Source: an uncultured Dehalococcoidia bacterium (GTDB lineage Bacteria; Chloroflexota; Dehalococcoidia; SM23-28-2; RBG-16-64-32). From it: DNA of 64,000 bases. The position numbers and the translations under genes are program-made. The notes beneath the pieces are model-generated. The model was not told where the DNA came from, made no database searches, and saw only the letters and a list, made by a program, of their open reading frames with translations. Each line of letters starts with the position of its first letter. The first letter of the stretch is position 1. This document shows positions 17,133-27,013 of this stretch, piece after piece. The stretch lies in assembly GCA_964558415.1 (NCBI GenBank), contig CAZLDI010000003.1:136627-200626 (forward strand). Reading direction: 5' to 3'.

Positions 17133-17897
17133 CTACGCCGCGCGCTGCACGCTGTCGCCGTTCGCCAGCGCGCGCATAGCCTCTTCCATCTGGTGCTTGG
17201 CGTCGCCGATGTGGCTGCCGGGGGCGATTGTGAACGGCTCGCCCACGCGGGCGTGCACCGGCGCTGGCCTGGCGTGGCGGGTGCCCGGCGGCAGGATGTC
17301 CATCGCGCCCTTGATGTAGATCGGCAGGACCGGCACGTTGTGCGCCAACGCGAGGATGGCCGGACCGCCGTGGAAGGGCATCAGCTCGCCGTTGCGAGAG
17401 CGCTTGCCCTCCGGGAAGATCAGGATCGACCAGCCGTGGTGCATCAGCCACTGCGTGTATGCCAGGGCCTCGCGCCCGCCGCCGCGGGTGATCGGGAAGG
17501 AGTTGTAGCGCAGGGAGTTCCACATCCCCTTCAACCGGTCGCGGTACATGCGGTCGGCGGCCGCCACGACGGCCGTGCGGTCGTAGATCTTTGAAGGCAG
17601 CAGGTGCAGGACGACCGCCGTGTCGAAGTGGCTGGTGTGGTTGGCGATGATGATCATTGGGCTCTCGGCGCGCTCGAGGATCTCTCGACCCTCCACCGTG
17701 AACGGCTGGCAGAGCTTCTTGATGTGGCTGTCGACAGTCCAGCGCCTGGCGAGGCGGCGGTACCAGCGGGCCCAGAACTGCAGGGCCCAGCGGTGGGGAT
17801 CGACCTCCACAAGGGCGCGTTCACGGGCGCTGCTGGCAGTGGCTTCGGCCTGGGCGGCGGAGGCTTCCGTCGTCATGGCGACCCTCCTATAGAACAA
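17133..17897 (-). CDS. plsC: 1-acyl-sn-glycerol-3-phosphate acyltransferase (PlsC family)
   Basis: The NHTSHFD (HxxxxD) and FPEGKRS motifs are present. Confidence 0.85.
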   Translation of the reverse strand: MFYRRVAMTTEASAAQAEATASSARERALVEVDPHRWALQFWARWYRRLARRWTVDSHIKKLCQPFTVEGREILERAESPMIIIANHTSHFDTAVVLHLLPSKIYDRTAVVAAADRMYRDRLKGMWNSLRYNSFPITRGGGREALAYTQWLMHHGWSILIFPEGKRSRNGELMPFHGGPAILALAHNVPVLPIYIKGAMDILPPGTRHARPAPVHARVGEPFTIAPGSHIGDAKHQMEEAMRALANGDSVQRAA

Positions 17898-17995
17898 TGC
17901 TGGGGGCGGGATGCATGTGGATTATACTACCGCTGTCAAGGGCCGCGAATGAGTCGGGCCGATGAATTTCGTATGAATGCCGTTCGACAGGCAGT

Positions 17996-18298
17996 CTATG
18001 CGGGAGTCCGGGTCTCCTCCAGGATGCGCCGCAGGGCGGTGATCATCTGCGCGATGTTCAAGTCCCCGTAGACGGGAAAGCTGAACAGCGCGCTCTCGTT
18101 GACGGTATAGCTATTACGCCGGCCTACCCGCTTTTTGGCGATGAAGCCGTGCTCCTCCAGGTCGCGCACTATCTGGTAGACGGCGCGCTCCGTGAGGTCG
18201 GTCCCGCGCGCGATCTCGCGCAGAGTGGCGCGACGGTTCTGGAAGAGGTGAGTGAGAACCAGCCCGTAGTTGCTCAAGAAGTTCCATTTTTTAGCCAT
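17996..18298 (-). CDS. Winged-helix transcriptional regulator (MarR/TrmB-like)
   Basis: It is a 100-aa protein with the HTH region ATLREIARGTDLTERAVYQIVRDLEEHGFI. Confidence 0.6.
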   Translation of the reverse strand: MAKKWNFLSNYGLVLTHLFQNRRATLREIARGTDLTERAVYQIVRDLEEHGFIAKKRVGRRNSYTVNESALFSFPVYGDLNIAQMITALRRILEETRTPA

Positions 18299-18593
18299 TT
18301 ACGTCTACTTCGCCTGTTCCGTGCGGCTTATTCTCCGTTTTTTCCCCGGGTTATTGTAACGACTAGGGTTGACAGGCTTGCGACCCGCCGATACCCTGAA
18401 TTTGCTCAATCGCAGAATTTGAATTCCTTATTGACAGGCCAATAGTACAGACTTCGCAAAGCCAATGCAAGAACCGGAAAACTACTTTACACGATACCGA
18501 TATGCAATTCAGGTGTCATTATGCGCCTGACGGAAAGCCCTGTCCAGTAGCCAGACAGCGGATTTTACCAAACAAACTCCGCACCCGCGCTGT

Positions 18594-19157
18594 ATGACAC
18601 TTACCAGGCTGTTCACACCTCCCGCCCCCGCCGCCCGCGTCGACGTCGATCGCCGCCGCTCAGAATTCTCCGAGAAGTACCGCCTCTTCTTTCCGCGGGT
18701 GTTCGCCTACGTCTACGGGCGCGTCCACAACGTGCACGTGACGGAAGACCTGGTCGCCGACGTCTTCGAGCGAGCGTTCCTCAAGCGTGAGTCTCTCCGC
18801 AACGACGAAGCCTTCTCCACGTGGCTCTTCACGATCGCCCGCAACGTCGTCATCAGCAGCGGTCGCAAGCGCTCGCGAGAGACGCTGGTGGATCACGATG
18901 TGCTGAAAGAGATAGCCCCGAGTGCCGCCTCCGTGGAAGGTGAGGTCCTCCTGCGCGAGGAACTGCGGCACGTCGCCGCGCTGATCAGCGATTTCCCGCA
19001 GCGAGAACAGGACATCGTCTCTCTGAAGTTCGACGCCGAGCTCTCGAACACTCAGATCTCCGAGATCATGGGCCTCAGCGAGGCGAACGTGCGAGTGATC
19101 CTGTTCCGCACCCTGCGCAAGCTGCGCGGGCTAATGGCCGCGCAGCCCGCCTCCTAG
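18594..19157 (+). CDS. RNA polymerase ECF sigma factor (sigma-70 family)
   Basis: A region-2-like FERAFLKRESLRNDEAFSTWLFTIARN and a region-4 HTH NTQISEIMGLSEANVRVILFRTLRKLR are present. Confidence 0.8.
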   Translation: MTLTRLFTPPAPAARVDVDRRRSEFSEKYRLFFPRVFAYVYGRVHNVHVTEDLVADVFERAFLKRESLRNDEAFSTWLFTIARNVVISSGRKRSRETLVDHDVLKEIAPSAASVEGEVLLREELRHVAALISDFPQREQDIVSLKFDAELSNTQISEIMGLSEANVRVILFRTLRKLRGLMAAQPAS

Positions 19158-19189
19158 CGCATCCCGCTGTCGGCGCGCATCCTCCCCAC

Positions 19190-19990
19190 CTACTCCCCCT
19201 TCAGGCTGTCCAGGCTGGGCACGCCCACGATGTTGTAGCCGGCGTCAACGTAGTGAATCTCGCCGGTCACTCCGGCCGCCAGATCAGAGCAGAGGTAGAC
19301 CGCCGAATTGCCTATTTCGTCGATCCCCACGTTGCGTTTGAGCGGCGCTATCTCCCGGAAGCGGGAGTGCAGCGACTTGAAGCCGGTGACGCCCGCGGCG
19401 GAGAGCGTGCGCACCGGGCCCGCGGAGATCGCGTTAACACGGATGCTCTTCTCGTGGGCGCCCAGGTCCTGGGCCAGGTAGCGCACGCTGGCCTCCAGCG
19501 CAGCCTTCGCGACACCCATGACGTTGTAGCTCGGGACCGCGCGTACGGAGCCGAGATACGTCATCGTGAGTATCGAGCCTCCGGGGCGCATCAGCGGGAG
19601 CGCGGTGCGCGTCAGGGCGGCGAGCGAGTAGACGCTGATATCCATCGCCAGGTGGAACCCCGAGCGAGAGGTGTCGTAGAATGCCCCCGCCAGGTCCTCA
19701 CGCTCGGCGAAGGCGATCGAGTGCACCAGGACGTCTATCTCGCCGAACGCGCTGCGAGCCTTCTCCATGACGATCGCGATGTCATCGTCGTTCGAGACGT
19801 CGCACGGCTCGACAAACGTCGCGCCGACGGATGCCGCGAGCGGGCGGACGCGCCGCTCCAGCGCCTCGCCGGCGTAGCTGAAGCCCAGCGTGGCGCCTTC
19901 CCGGGCGAACGCCTGCGCGATACCCCAGGCGATGCTGTGGTCGTTCGCGACCCCGAAGATGAGGGCGGTCTTACCGCTCAGCAGTCCCAT
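19190..19990 (-). CDS. fabI: Enoyl-ACP reductase FabI (NADH-dependent)
   Basis: The N-terminus is MGLLSGKTALIFGVANDHSIAWGIA and the catalytic Y..K region is present (YNVMGVAKAALEA). The start is set at the internal ATG at 19990; the ORF-track upstream extension is rejected. Confidence 0.85.
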   Translation of the reverse strand: MGLLSGKTALIFGVANDHSIAWGIAQAFAREGATLGFSYAGEALERRVRPLAASVGATFVEPCDVSNDDDIAIVMEKARSAFGEIDVLVHSIAFAEREDLAGAFYDTSRSGFHLAMDISVYSLAALTRTALPLMRPGGSILTMTYLGSVRAVPSYNVMGVAKAALEASVRYLAQDLGAHEKSIRVNAISAGPVRTLSAAGVTGFKSLHSRFREIAPLKRNVGIDEIGNSAVYLCSDLAAGVTGEIHYVDAGYNIVGVPSLDSLKGE

Positions 19991-21269
19991 GCGCCACTTC
20001 CTTGCTGTCGCTCCCGACTCCGATGATCCCCTGCTCGCGCAGCTGCGATATATCGTCCCAGGTATAACCTGCCTGCAGCAGCACCTCTTCCGTGTGCTGG
20101 CCGAACTCCGGCGCCGGCGTGCGAATGATTCCGGGCGTGGCGCTGAGGTGCGGGGCCGGCGCAACGATGGGCAACGACCCGTGTGTTGGGTGCTCGAGCG
20201 TGGTCAGCATGCCGTTGCCAACGACTTGCTCGTCGGCCGCGAGGTCGCTGTAGTCCTGGACGATTTCGGCGAGCAGGTCGCGACCGCGAAAGAGGTCGAG
20301 CCACTCCGCGGCGGGCCTGGCAAGGAAGAGCTGATCCAGCTTCGCGATAAGTTCCATCAACTCGACAGCGTGATGACGCAGCCAGCCGACGCTCATCTCC
20401 TCCGGGCCCAGCAGCTCTCCCGTGGCCTTGTGCATCACCTCGCGGAACGCCGGCCAGTGCCGCCCAACCTGCGCCATGCCGAGCATGAGCCATCTCCCGT
20501 CCTTCGCCTTGTAGTGGTTCCAGGTGGGGCTGGTGAGTTTTCGCGGGATCCGCGGGACCGGGGAGCCGGCATAAGTGCCGGTCATCAGGTAGCTCGAGAT
20601 GTTGAACGCCTGCAACGCGATCTGCCCCTGAAGCAGCGAGCCGTTGACCATCTGCGCCTCGCCCGTGCGCTCGCGATGGAATAGCGCAACCGCGATGCCG
20701 TAAGCGAGCAAGAAGGCGCTCACCTGATCCGCCATACCGCCAAACGTGCGCGTAGGGGGCGCGTCCGGCTCCCCGGTCACGCTCATCAGGCCTCCGCGCG
20801 CCTGCGCCAGCGGGTCCAGCGCGGGCCGCTGCGCGTCCGGTCCGTCAAGACCGAATCCCGACGCCGCGCAGTAGATGACGTGATCGTTGACCGCGCGCAG
20901 TGCGTCATAGCCGATACCCAGCCTGTCCGCAACGCCCGCGCGAAAGTTCTGTACCACAATGTCGGCATCCTTCACGAGACGGTAGAACACCTGAAGGCCC
21001 GCTTCACTCTTGAGGTCAAGCACTATCGCCCGCTTGTTGCGGTTGTGCGTCTCAAAGTAGGCGTTGGGGCCGCCCTGTCCCACTTCGAACCGCACCAGTG
21101 AGCGCCCCGGGTCCGGCGAGTCCGGGCCCTCTATCTTGATGACGTCCGCCCCCCAGTCGCCCAGCATGGCGGTCGCCATTGGCCCCTGTTGCCAGATCGT
21201 GAGGTCCAGGACGCGGATGCCGTCGAAGGCGGTCATAATGCGTCGCCCGACTGAATGTTTCCGAGCCAT
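19971..21269 (-). CDS. CoA-transferase family III (CaiB/BaiF)
   Basis: The N-terminus GIRVLDLTIWQQGPMATAMLGDWGADVIKIE is typical. The start may instead be at 21236 (MTAFDG). Confidence 0.85.
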   Translation of the reverse strand: MARKHSVGRRIMTAFDGIRVLDLTIWQQGPMATAMLGDWGADVIKIEGPDSPDPGRSLVRFEVGQGGPNAYFETHNRNKRAIVLDLKSEAGLQVFYRLVKDADIVVQNFRAGVADRLGIGYDALRAVNDHVIYCAASGFGLDGPDAQRPALDPLAQARGGLMSVTGEPDAPPTRTFGGMADQVSAFLLAYGIAVALFHRERTGEAQMVNGSLLQGQIALQAFNISSYLMTGTYAGSPVPRIPRKLTSPTWNHYKAKDGRWLMLGMAQVGRHWPAFREVMHKATGELLGPEEMSVGWLRHHAVELMELIAKLDQLFLARPAAEWLDLFRGRDLLAEIVQDYSDLAADEQVVGNGMLTTLEHPTHGSLPIVAPAPHLSATPGIIRTPAPEFGQHTEEVLLQAGYTWDDISQLREQGIIGVGSDSKEVAHGTAER

Positions 21270-21321
21270 TCCACGAAAGACATCGATTCTCTTGCTGTTT
21301 CCCAGAGCCGTCTGTCCGCGG

Positions 21322-21612
21322 TCACGAGTGTTCCCTCCTGCCGCATTCGACTAGTTCCGTCGTGGTGATATCGAGTGCGCTCATAGCATCACGCCTGCTG
21401 AGAATTCGATTTACGGATTCCCGCCGTTGCTCGAGTTCGAGCGCAGTCGGTCTTAGCAGCCTGACTCGAAGCGCATCAAGTCCACTCAGAGAGCCCGGTT
21501 CGGGCTGCATGAACTCTGCCAGGTCCTCTTCGGTTATCCGGATTCGGCGGCCCACGCGCTGAGCCATCAGGCGTCCCGAGCTGATATGCCGTCGGACGGT
21601 GGTCCTGTGCAA
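21322..21612 (-). CDS. Excisionase/MerR-family HTH DNA-binding protein (HTH_17-like)
   Basis: The TVRRHISSGRLMAQRVGRRIRITEEDL pattern matches the excisionase family. It has a TTG start. Confidence 0.5.
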   Translation of the reverse strand: MHRTTVRRHISSGRLMAQRVGRRIRITEEDLAEFMQPEPGSLSGLDALRVRLLRPTALELEQRRESVNRILSRRDAMSALDITTTELVECGRREHS

Positions 21613-21704
21613 TCGGAGCCTGTCGGCGACCTCACCACTGTGAGCAAGTTACTCATGCGATGATGATACTTGAAGTGAGATGAGGTAGCAGTAGATGACC
21701 TGTG

Positions 21705-22511
21705 TTAGCTTGAACGCGCATCGAGTCCCCTGATGTTCGCCACCACCAATGGCAGCGCCTCCCCCGCGGGTGCCCGCAGCACCACGTCGCACATCGCGGT
21801 TAGCGGCGTTTCGTTCGGATTGACTTCGATGAGAGCGCCCCCGGCGCGGCGCACGTCCTGAGGGAACTGCGCGGCGGGATAGACAACGGCGCTGGTGCCG
21901 ATCAGTAGCATGCAGTCGCAGAGGCTGGTCTGCTCGATACACTCCTGAAGGGCGTCGCGCGGTATAGGCTCGCCGAACATCACGGTGTCCCCCTTCACCG
22001 TCCCGCCGCAGTCCGGGCAGTGTGGCGGCAGGTCGTCCAGCGAGAACGCCTCGAGGTCCCAGCGCCTGCTGCACTGAATGCAGCGCACCTTCGTGCGATT
22101 GCCGTGGATCTCGGTGATCGCCTGGCTGCCGGCGATCTGGTGCAGGTTGTCGATGTTCTGGGTGATGATGTGTTTCAGATGCCCCGCCTCCTCCATCGCC
22201 CGCAGCGCGAAGTGCCCCTCGTTCGGCACGGCCGAGTCCAGCGCGTCCACCAGCTCGCGGTACTGCGAGCTCCTGCTGATGCGCTCGTGCCACCACGTCG
22301 CCGGGTCTTGCAAGAACCGCTCGTAGCCGTTCATGTCGGGCTCGCCGTACTTCGTCCACAGCCCGCCCTCCCCGCGGAATGTCGGCACGCCGCTCTCCAC
22401 CGAGAGTCCGGCGCCCACGAGCGCGACGACATGTCGCGCGCCCGCGATCATCCGCGCCGCCGCTTCTATCGAGCCTTCGAGGTTGGACTCGGGGGAGCTC
22501 ACGTCGCCCAA
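21705..22511 (-). CDS. cobB: NAD-dependent protein deacylase (Sir2/CobB sirtuin)
   Basis: GAGLSVESGVPTFRG and the zinc ribbon CIQC...CPDCGG are present, together with a GTSAVVYPAA motif. Confidence 0.85.
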   Translation of the reverse strand: MGDVSSPESNLEGSIEAAARMIAGARHVVALVGAGLSVESGVPTFRGEGGLWTKYGEPDMNGYERFLQDPATWWHERISRSSQYRELVDALDSAVPNEGHFALRAMEEAGHLKHIITQNIDNLHQIAGSQAITEIHGNRTKVRCIQCSRRWDLEAFSLDDLPPHCPDCGGTVKGDTVMFGEPIPRDALQECIEQTSLCDCMLLIGTSAVVYPAAQFPQDVRRAGGALIEVNPNETPLTAMCDVVLRAPAGEALPLVVANIRGLDARSS

Positions 22512-22564
22512 TTATATCTCTAAACTTGACCCACCGGGGCGCCGCTTCTTACCGTTGCCTTGTC

Positions 22565-23374
22565 ATGCCAAGCGTACTGATCATCGCCGGCTCCGACTCG
22601 AGCGCCGGTGCGGGCATCCAGGCGGATCTGAAGACCTGCGCCGCCCTCGGCGTTTACGCGACGACCGTGATCACCGCGCTCACTGCCCAAAACACACTCA
22701 GTGTCACCGCCGTGCACGAGACGCCTCCGGAGATCGTCGCCGCGCAGATCGACGCTGTCGCCAGCGATATCCCGCTCGACGCCGTGAAGACCGGCATGCT
22801 TTCGAGCGCGCCCATCATCGACGTGGTCGCCGCCAAACTGAGGGAGCATGGGTTGGGGAACGTCGTCGTCGACCCGGTGATGGTCGCCAAGAGCGGCGAC
22901 CGCTTACTGCGCGAGGACGCCGTGCACGCGCTTGTGGAGTTACTGTTACCGCTGGCGGACGTGCTCACGCCCAACGTGCCGGAGGCGGAGGTCCTGGTGG
23001 GGCGGGCGCTCGCGACGGACGCAGACCTGCGCGCGGCCGCGCGGGAGATACATGCGATGGGGGCGCGGAACGTCGTGATGAAGGGCGGTCACCGCGAGGG
23101 CGGCAGAGTCGTCGACCTGCTCTATGACGGCCACGAGTTCCACGAGTTCTCGTCGCCCCGAGTGGACACGACGAGCACCCATGGCACCGGCTGCACCTTC
23201 GCCTCCGCCATCGCCTCCTACCTGGCGCGAGGCGAATCGGTCGCTGAGGCAGTGCGCCTGGCGAAAGAGTACGTGACGGGGGCGCTGCGTCAGGCATATC
23301 CCATCGGCCGCGGCCACGGACCGGTGAACCACTTCTGGCGGTGGACGGAGCCGGGAGCAACGCACGACGACTGA
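22565..23374 (+). CDS. thiD: Hydroxymethylpyrimidine/phosphomethylpyrimidine kinase ThiD
   Basis: It begins VLIIAGSDSSAGAGIQADLKT and has the DPVMVAKSG and GTGCTFASAIA motifs. Confidence 0.9.
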   Translation: MPSVLIIAGSDSSAGAGIQADLKTCAALGVYATTVITALTAQNTLSVTAVHETPPEIVAAQIDAVASDIPLDAVKTGMLSSAPIIDVVAAKLREHGLGNVVVDPVMVAKSGDRLLREDAVHALVELLLPLADVLTPNVPEAEVLVGRALATDADLRAAAREIHAMGARNVVMKGGHREGGRVVDLLYDGHEFHEFSSPRVDTTSTHGTGCTFASAIASYLARGESVAEAVRLAKEYVTGALRQAYPIGRGHGPVNHFWRWTEPGATHDD

Positions 23375-23714
23375 AGCAGCGACGGTCGGTGCCGGCCGGC
23401 GGCGCGGTCAGCGGGTCGAGATCGCGACCGACGATAATATGGGGCGTACGGACGACGGCTCAGCCGCGCCCTCTGGCTACGGTAGGTTCTTCGCCAGCTC
23501 CGACCACTCGCTGGTCAGGATAATGGCCGCCGCCGCGAACGCGATTACCGTCAGCGCTGTCGCCACCAGTGTCCCGAACATATTCTACCTCCCCTTCATC
23601 CAATGTCCGCCCGCCGACGCAGCCGGTCAATAAGCTGTTAAACACACAGGGTGAACGTTCGGTGAACTTCGCGGCGTTGACCCGCTCGTGCTCCGCTGCT
23701 ACTCTGAGGCTGGA

Positions 23715-23825
23715 TCTAAAAGCGGGAGCTCGGGTATCCGCCCCAGGCGGAAGGCCGGGCTGAGAGGCCCCGACCGTTCGGGGCGACCGCCGAACCTGAT
23801 CTGGGTAATGCCAGCGAAGGGAGCG
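23715..23825 (+). ncRNA. TPP (THI-box) riboswitch
   Basis: GGGCTGAGAGG followed by GAACCTGATCTGGGTAATGCCAGCGAAGGGAG matches the CUGAGA...ACCUGAUCUGGAUAAUGCCAGCGUAGGGA consensus. Confidence 0.8.
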
Positions 23826-23847
23826 CTTATGAGACACCTACGCCGCC

Positions 23848-23873
23848 GGCGCCGCCCAGCGGCGCTTTTCTTT
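23848..23873 (+). terminator. Intrinsic terminator (TPP riboswitch expression platform)
   Basis: A GGCGCCGC-cca-GCGGCGC stem is followed by TTTTCTTT. Confidence 0.65.
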
Positions 23874-23881
23874 AGAGTGCT

Positions 23882-25309
23882 GTGCGCCACGTAGTCTCGG
23901 CGCTGTCCGTCAGGGCTCCGGCAGACTCGGACGTCCGTCCGGTGCCCGAGGACCGGCGCACATTGCGGGGGTTCGACCTCGCCGTTCTCTGGGGCGATCT
24001 CGCCGTCAGCCTGCTTGTCATGGTGGCCGGTAGCCTGCTCGTGCCCGGTCTCGGAACGCGCGAGGCGTTGCTGGTGATAGTCGTTGGTACCGCGTTCGGC
24101 ACCGTGCTGCTCGCCCTCGCGGGGATGGTCGGCAGCGATACCGGCGTCCCGAGCATGGTGGGGCTGCGCGCGGCCCTGGGCGTCCGCGGCTCCTATCTCT
24201 CGTCGGGTCTGAACATCGTGCAACTGGTGGGCTGGGCGGCGCTGGAGATCATCATCATGGCGCAGGCGGCGCGCGCTCTCAGTGACGAGTACTTCGGGTT
24301 CTCCGGCTACTACCTCTGGCTGCTGTTCTTCGGCTTCGTCGGGATGCTGATGGCGGTGGGCGGACCCGTGGTTGTGGTGCGGCAGTGGATGCAGAAGTTC
24401 GGCGTTTGGGTGGTGATCGCGGCGTCCGCCTGGCTGACGTACCACCTGTTCGACGCCTACGATGTCGGCGAGATCTGGCGGCGCAAGGGCGAGGGCGGCT
24501 TCCCCAACTTCTTCCAGGGGGTCGACCTTGTAGTCGCGCTGCCGGTCTCGTGGCTGCCTCTGGTCTGCGACTACAGTCGCTACGCGCGTCGCGGGGCATC
24601 GGCAGCCCTCGGGACGTACATCGGCTACGGCATCGCCAACGCCTGGTTCTTCGTGCTGGGGATGCTCTACGTGCAGGCGCTGCAGGCCAATCCCGGCACC
24701 TTCATCGATGCGCTCGTCACGATGCTGCTGCCGCTCGCGGCCGGGTGGCTTGCGCTGATGGTGCTGCTGGTCGGCGAGACAGACGAGGCGTTCGCGAACA
24801 TCTACTCGACGGCGGTCTCGATCCAGAACCTCGTCCCGCGCCTGACGCAGGAAGTACTCGCGGTTGGCGTGGGGATCGCGGCGATCATCGTGGCGATGAG
24901 CATCGACCTGGTGCAATATGAGAGCTTCCTGCTGCTGATCGGCGGCGTCTTCGTGCCACTGTTCGGCGTCTTCATCGCCGACTACTTCGTCGTGCGCGGG
25001 CGCCGGTATTTGCTGGATGACCTCTACGGCGATTCCGGCGCCTACTGGTACACGGGCGGCGCCAGCGCCCTGGGCATCGGCGTCTGGTTAGTTGGCTTCT
25101 TCGTGTACGCCGTCGCAGCGCAGCCGCCGTGGCTGCTGGACAACGCGGACTTCGTGTCGTGGGCACCGGGCTGGATGACCCACCTGGGCGGCACCCTGCC
25201 GGCGTTCGCCTTCAGCTTCGGCGCGTACTGGGCCGGAGCCCGGTTCTTGCCCGGGTTCGGCGCCTCAGCGACGGGGCCGAGGATAGCCGCGGCGGAAGCG
25301 GTAGAATGA
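23882..25309 (+). CDS. NCS1-family permease, probable HMP/thiamine-precursor transporter (CytX-like)
   Basis: It is a 475-aa, roughly 12-TM protein directly downstream of the TPP riboswitch, with a GTG start. Confidence 0.7.
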   Translation: MRHVVSALSVRAPADSDVRPVPEDRRTLRGFDLAVLWGDLAVSLLVMVAGSLLVPGLGTREALLVIVVGTAFGTVLLALAGMVGSDTGVPSMVGLRAALGVRGSYLSSGLNIVQLVGWAALEIIIMAQAARALSDEYFGFSGYYLWLLFFGFVGMLMAVGGPVVVVRQWMQKFGVWVVIAASAWLTYHLFDAYDVGEIWRRKGEGGFPNFFQGVDLVVALPVSWLPLVCDYSRYARRGASAALGTYIGYGIANAWFFVLGMLYVQALQANPGTFIDALVTMLLPLAAGWLALMVLLVGETDEAFANIYSTAVSIQNLVPRLTQEVLAVGVGIAAIIVAMSIDLVQYESFLLLIGGVFVPLFGVFIADYFVVRGRRYLLDDLYGDSGAYWYTGGASALGIGVWLVGFFVYAVAAQPPWLLDNADFVSWAPGWMTHLGGTLPAFAFSFGAYWAGARFLPGFGASATGPRIAAAEAVE

Positions 25310-25335
25310 TGGGGCGCAGAAGCGCGGGTGAGGCG

Positions 25336-26121
25336 ATGATGGCAGAAGATACTCTTACGATAGCGGGAAAGCCCTTTCGATCGCGGCTGATCGTCGGCAC
25401 GGGCAGGTACCGGACGCTGGAGGAGATGCGCGATGCGATAGACGCGTCCGGAGCGGAGATGGTCACGGTGGCGATCCGCCGCCTCCCCCTGGACCGGCCG
25501 GATGAACCGAACCTGATGGACTACCTGGACTGGGAGCGCTACACGGTTCTCCCGAACACCGCCGGTTGTAAGACTGCGGATGAGGCGGTGTTCACGGCCC
25601 GCCTGGCGCGCGAGCTGACGGGAAGCAGTTGGGTGAAGCTGGAAGTGATCCCGGACCCAAAGTACCTGCTGCCGGACCCCGTGGCGACCCTTGAGGCGGC
25701 GGAGATTCTCATCGCCGACGACTTCGTCGTCCTGCCGTATATCCACGCCGACCCAGTCCTCGCGCGCCGGCTCGAGGGGATCGGCTGCGCGACGGTGATG
25801 CCGCTTGGCTCCCCCATCGGCTCCGGCCGTGGCATCTTCACCCGCGAGGAGATCGAGATCATAATAGAGAACGCGACGGTCCCCGTGGTCGTGGACGCCG
25901 GTCTCGGCGCGCCTTCGGACGCCTCGCTGGCGCTGGAGATCGGCGCCGACGCGGTGCTCGTGAACACGGCGATCGCGCAGGCAAGGGACCCGGTCGGTAT
26001 GGCGCGGGCGTTCGCATTGGGTGTGGAGGCTGGCCGCGCGGCGTACCTCGCCGGGCGCATCGCAGCGAAGCAACTCGCGGAGGCATCGAGCCCGACAGAA
26101 GGCGTCGCGCGCCCCGCCTGA
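25336..26121 (+). CDS. thiG: Thiazole synthase ThiG
   Basis: The typical RLIVGTGRY...LPNTAGC...[11 protein letters not shown]...[10 protein letters not shown] motifs are present. The ORF-track upstream extension is rejected. Confidence 0.9.
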   Translation: MMAEDTLTIAGKPFRSRLIVGTGRYRTLEEMRDAIDASGAEMVTVAIRRLPLDRPDEPNLMDYLDWERYTVLPNTAGCKTADEAVFTARLARELTGSSWVKLEVIPDPKYLLPDPVATLEAAEILIADDFVVLPYIHADPVLARRLEGIGCATVMPLGSPIGSGRGIFTREEIEIIIENATVPVVVDAGLGAPSDASLALEIGADAVLVNTAIAQARDPVGMARAFALGVEAGRAAYLAGRIAAKQLAEASSPTEGVARPA

Positions 26122-26804
26122 TGGCGCAACTCGATGGGGCGCCGGGCGTCCACGCTACGCCGTATGCGCGTCTCCCCCTGCCCTGCCTCATGTTGGTCAC
26201 GGACCGCAAGGCTTGCGCTGGCGTAGACAACCTCGTTCAAGCCGTCGTCGCCGCGATCGAAGGCGGCGTGAATGCGGTTCAACTGCGCGAAAAAGACCTT
26301 TGCTCGGCGGAATCGCTGACGCTCGCCCGGCGTATGCGTAAGCTCACGGCTGGTCGTGCGCTGCTTCTCGTGAACGGTTCGCTCGAGGTAGCGCTGGCGG
26401 CTGGTGCGGACGGCGTGCACCTCCCAGAAGGCGTCGCGTTTCCGGATCGCCCTTCGCGGCCCTTTCTCGTCGGGCGTTCCGTGCATTCCGTTGAAGCGGC
26501 GAAAGCAGCCTGGGCGGAGTGTAGCGACTACCTGATCGCCGGTCCGGTGTACCGGACAGCGTCGCACCGAGGATCGGCGGCGGCGGGCGTGCGACTCGTC
26601 GAAGCGATCAGCGCAGCGGTTGCCGTGCCGGTGATCGCCATTGGAGGGATCACGGCGGAGCGTGTCGCAGACGTAATTCGCGCCGGAGCGAGCGGCGCGG
26701 CCGTGATCTCGGCCCTGCTCCGCGCCGATTCCCCGCGGGACGCCGCTCGCGAGCTGAGTGAGGCGCTCCACGGTTCGTTCGTCCTCAGGGATGAGCGAGA
26801 GTGA
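26121..26804 (+). CDS. ThiE-family protein (thiamine-phosphate synthase paralog, possibly a TenI-like thiazole tautomerase)
   Basis: It has the ThiE fold pattern ([33 protein letters not shown]). A second, more canonical thiE lies at 28104-28736. The order thiG / thiE-like / thiS / thiO resembles the Bacillus tenI-thiOSG arrangement. Confidence 0.7.
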   Translation: MAQLDGAPGVHATPYARLPLPCLMLVTDRKACAGVDNLVQAVVAAIEGGVNAVQLREKDLCSAESLTLARRMRKLTAGRALLLVNGSLEVALAAGADGVHLPEGVAFPDRPSRPFLVGRSVHSVEAAKAAWAECSDYLIAGPVYRTASHRGSAAAGVRLVEAISAAVAVPVIAIGGITAERVADVIRAGASGAAVISALLRADSPRDAARELSEALHGSFVLRDERE

Positions 26805-27013
26805 TCACGATCACGCTCAATGGAAAGCCGAAAGAATTGAGTGGTTCACACACGGTGGCGACTCTGCTAGACTCACTCAACATAAACTCCATGCAAGTGG
26901 CGGTGGCGGTCAACGGTGAGGTCGTGCGACGCAGGGATTGGCCGGAGGTGGTAATCACGGATAACGACGCAGTTGAGATAGTACGCGCTGTCGGCGGCGG
27001 GGCCGTGGTTTGA
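26801..27013 (+). CDS. thiS: Sulfur-carrier protein ThiS with a 3-residue extension beyond the Gly-Gly
   Basis: It is a 70-aa protein ending ...RAVGGGAVV* and overlaps both neighbours. Confidence 0.7.
   Translation: MITITLNGKPKELSGSHTVATLLDSLNINSMQVAVAVNGEVVRRRDWPEVVITDNDAVEIVRAVGGGAVV

Noticed and set aside
19190-20164. N-terminal 58-aa extension of FabI in the ORF track
   Set aside because: The conserved FabI N-terminus (MGLLSGKTAL...) begins at the internal ATG at 19990. The extension would overlap the CoA-transferase gene by about 190 bp.
23699-24916. 405-aa minus-strand ORF antisense to the NCS1 transporter, and other long antisense ORFs (25042-26073, 25539-26771, 35024-35902, 37529-38401, 41231-42304, 42777-43586, 50500-51093, 52499-53068)
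   Set aside because: All are antisense to genes with clear family signatures. They are high-GC frame artefacts rich in Arg, Pro and Ala, with no motifs.
26801-27013. ThiS C-terminal AVV extension as evidence of a ThiS-ThiO fusion or programmed frameshift
   Set aside because: The TGA stop is unambiguous. thiO has its own TTG start overlapping it, and nothing indicates recoding. It is treated as a short extension needing trimming or as natural variation.
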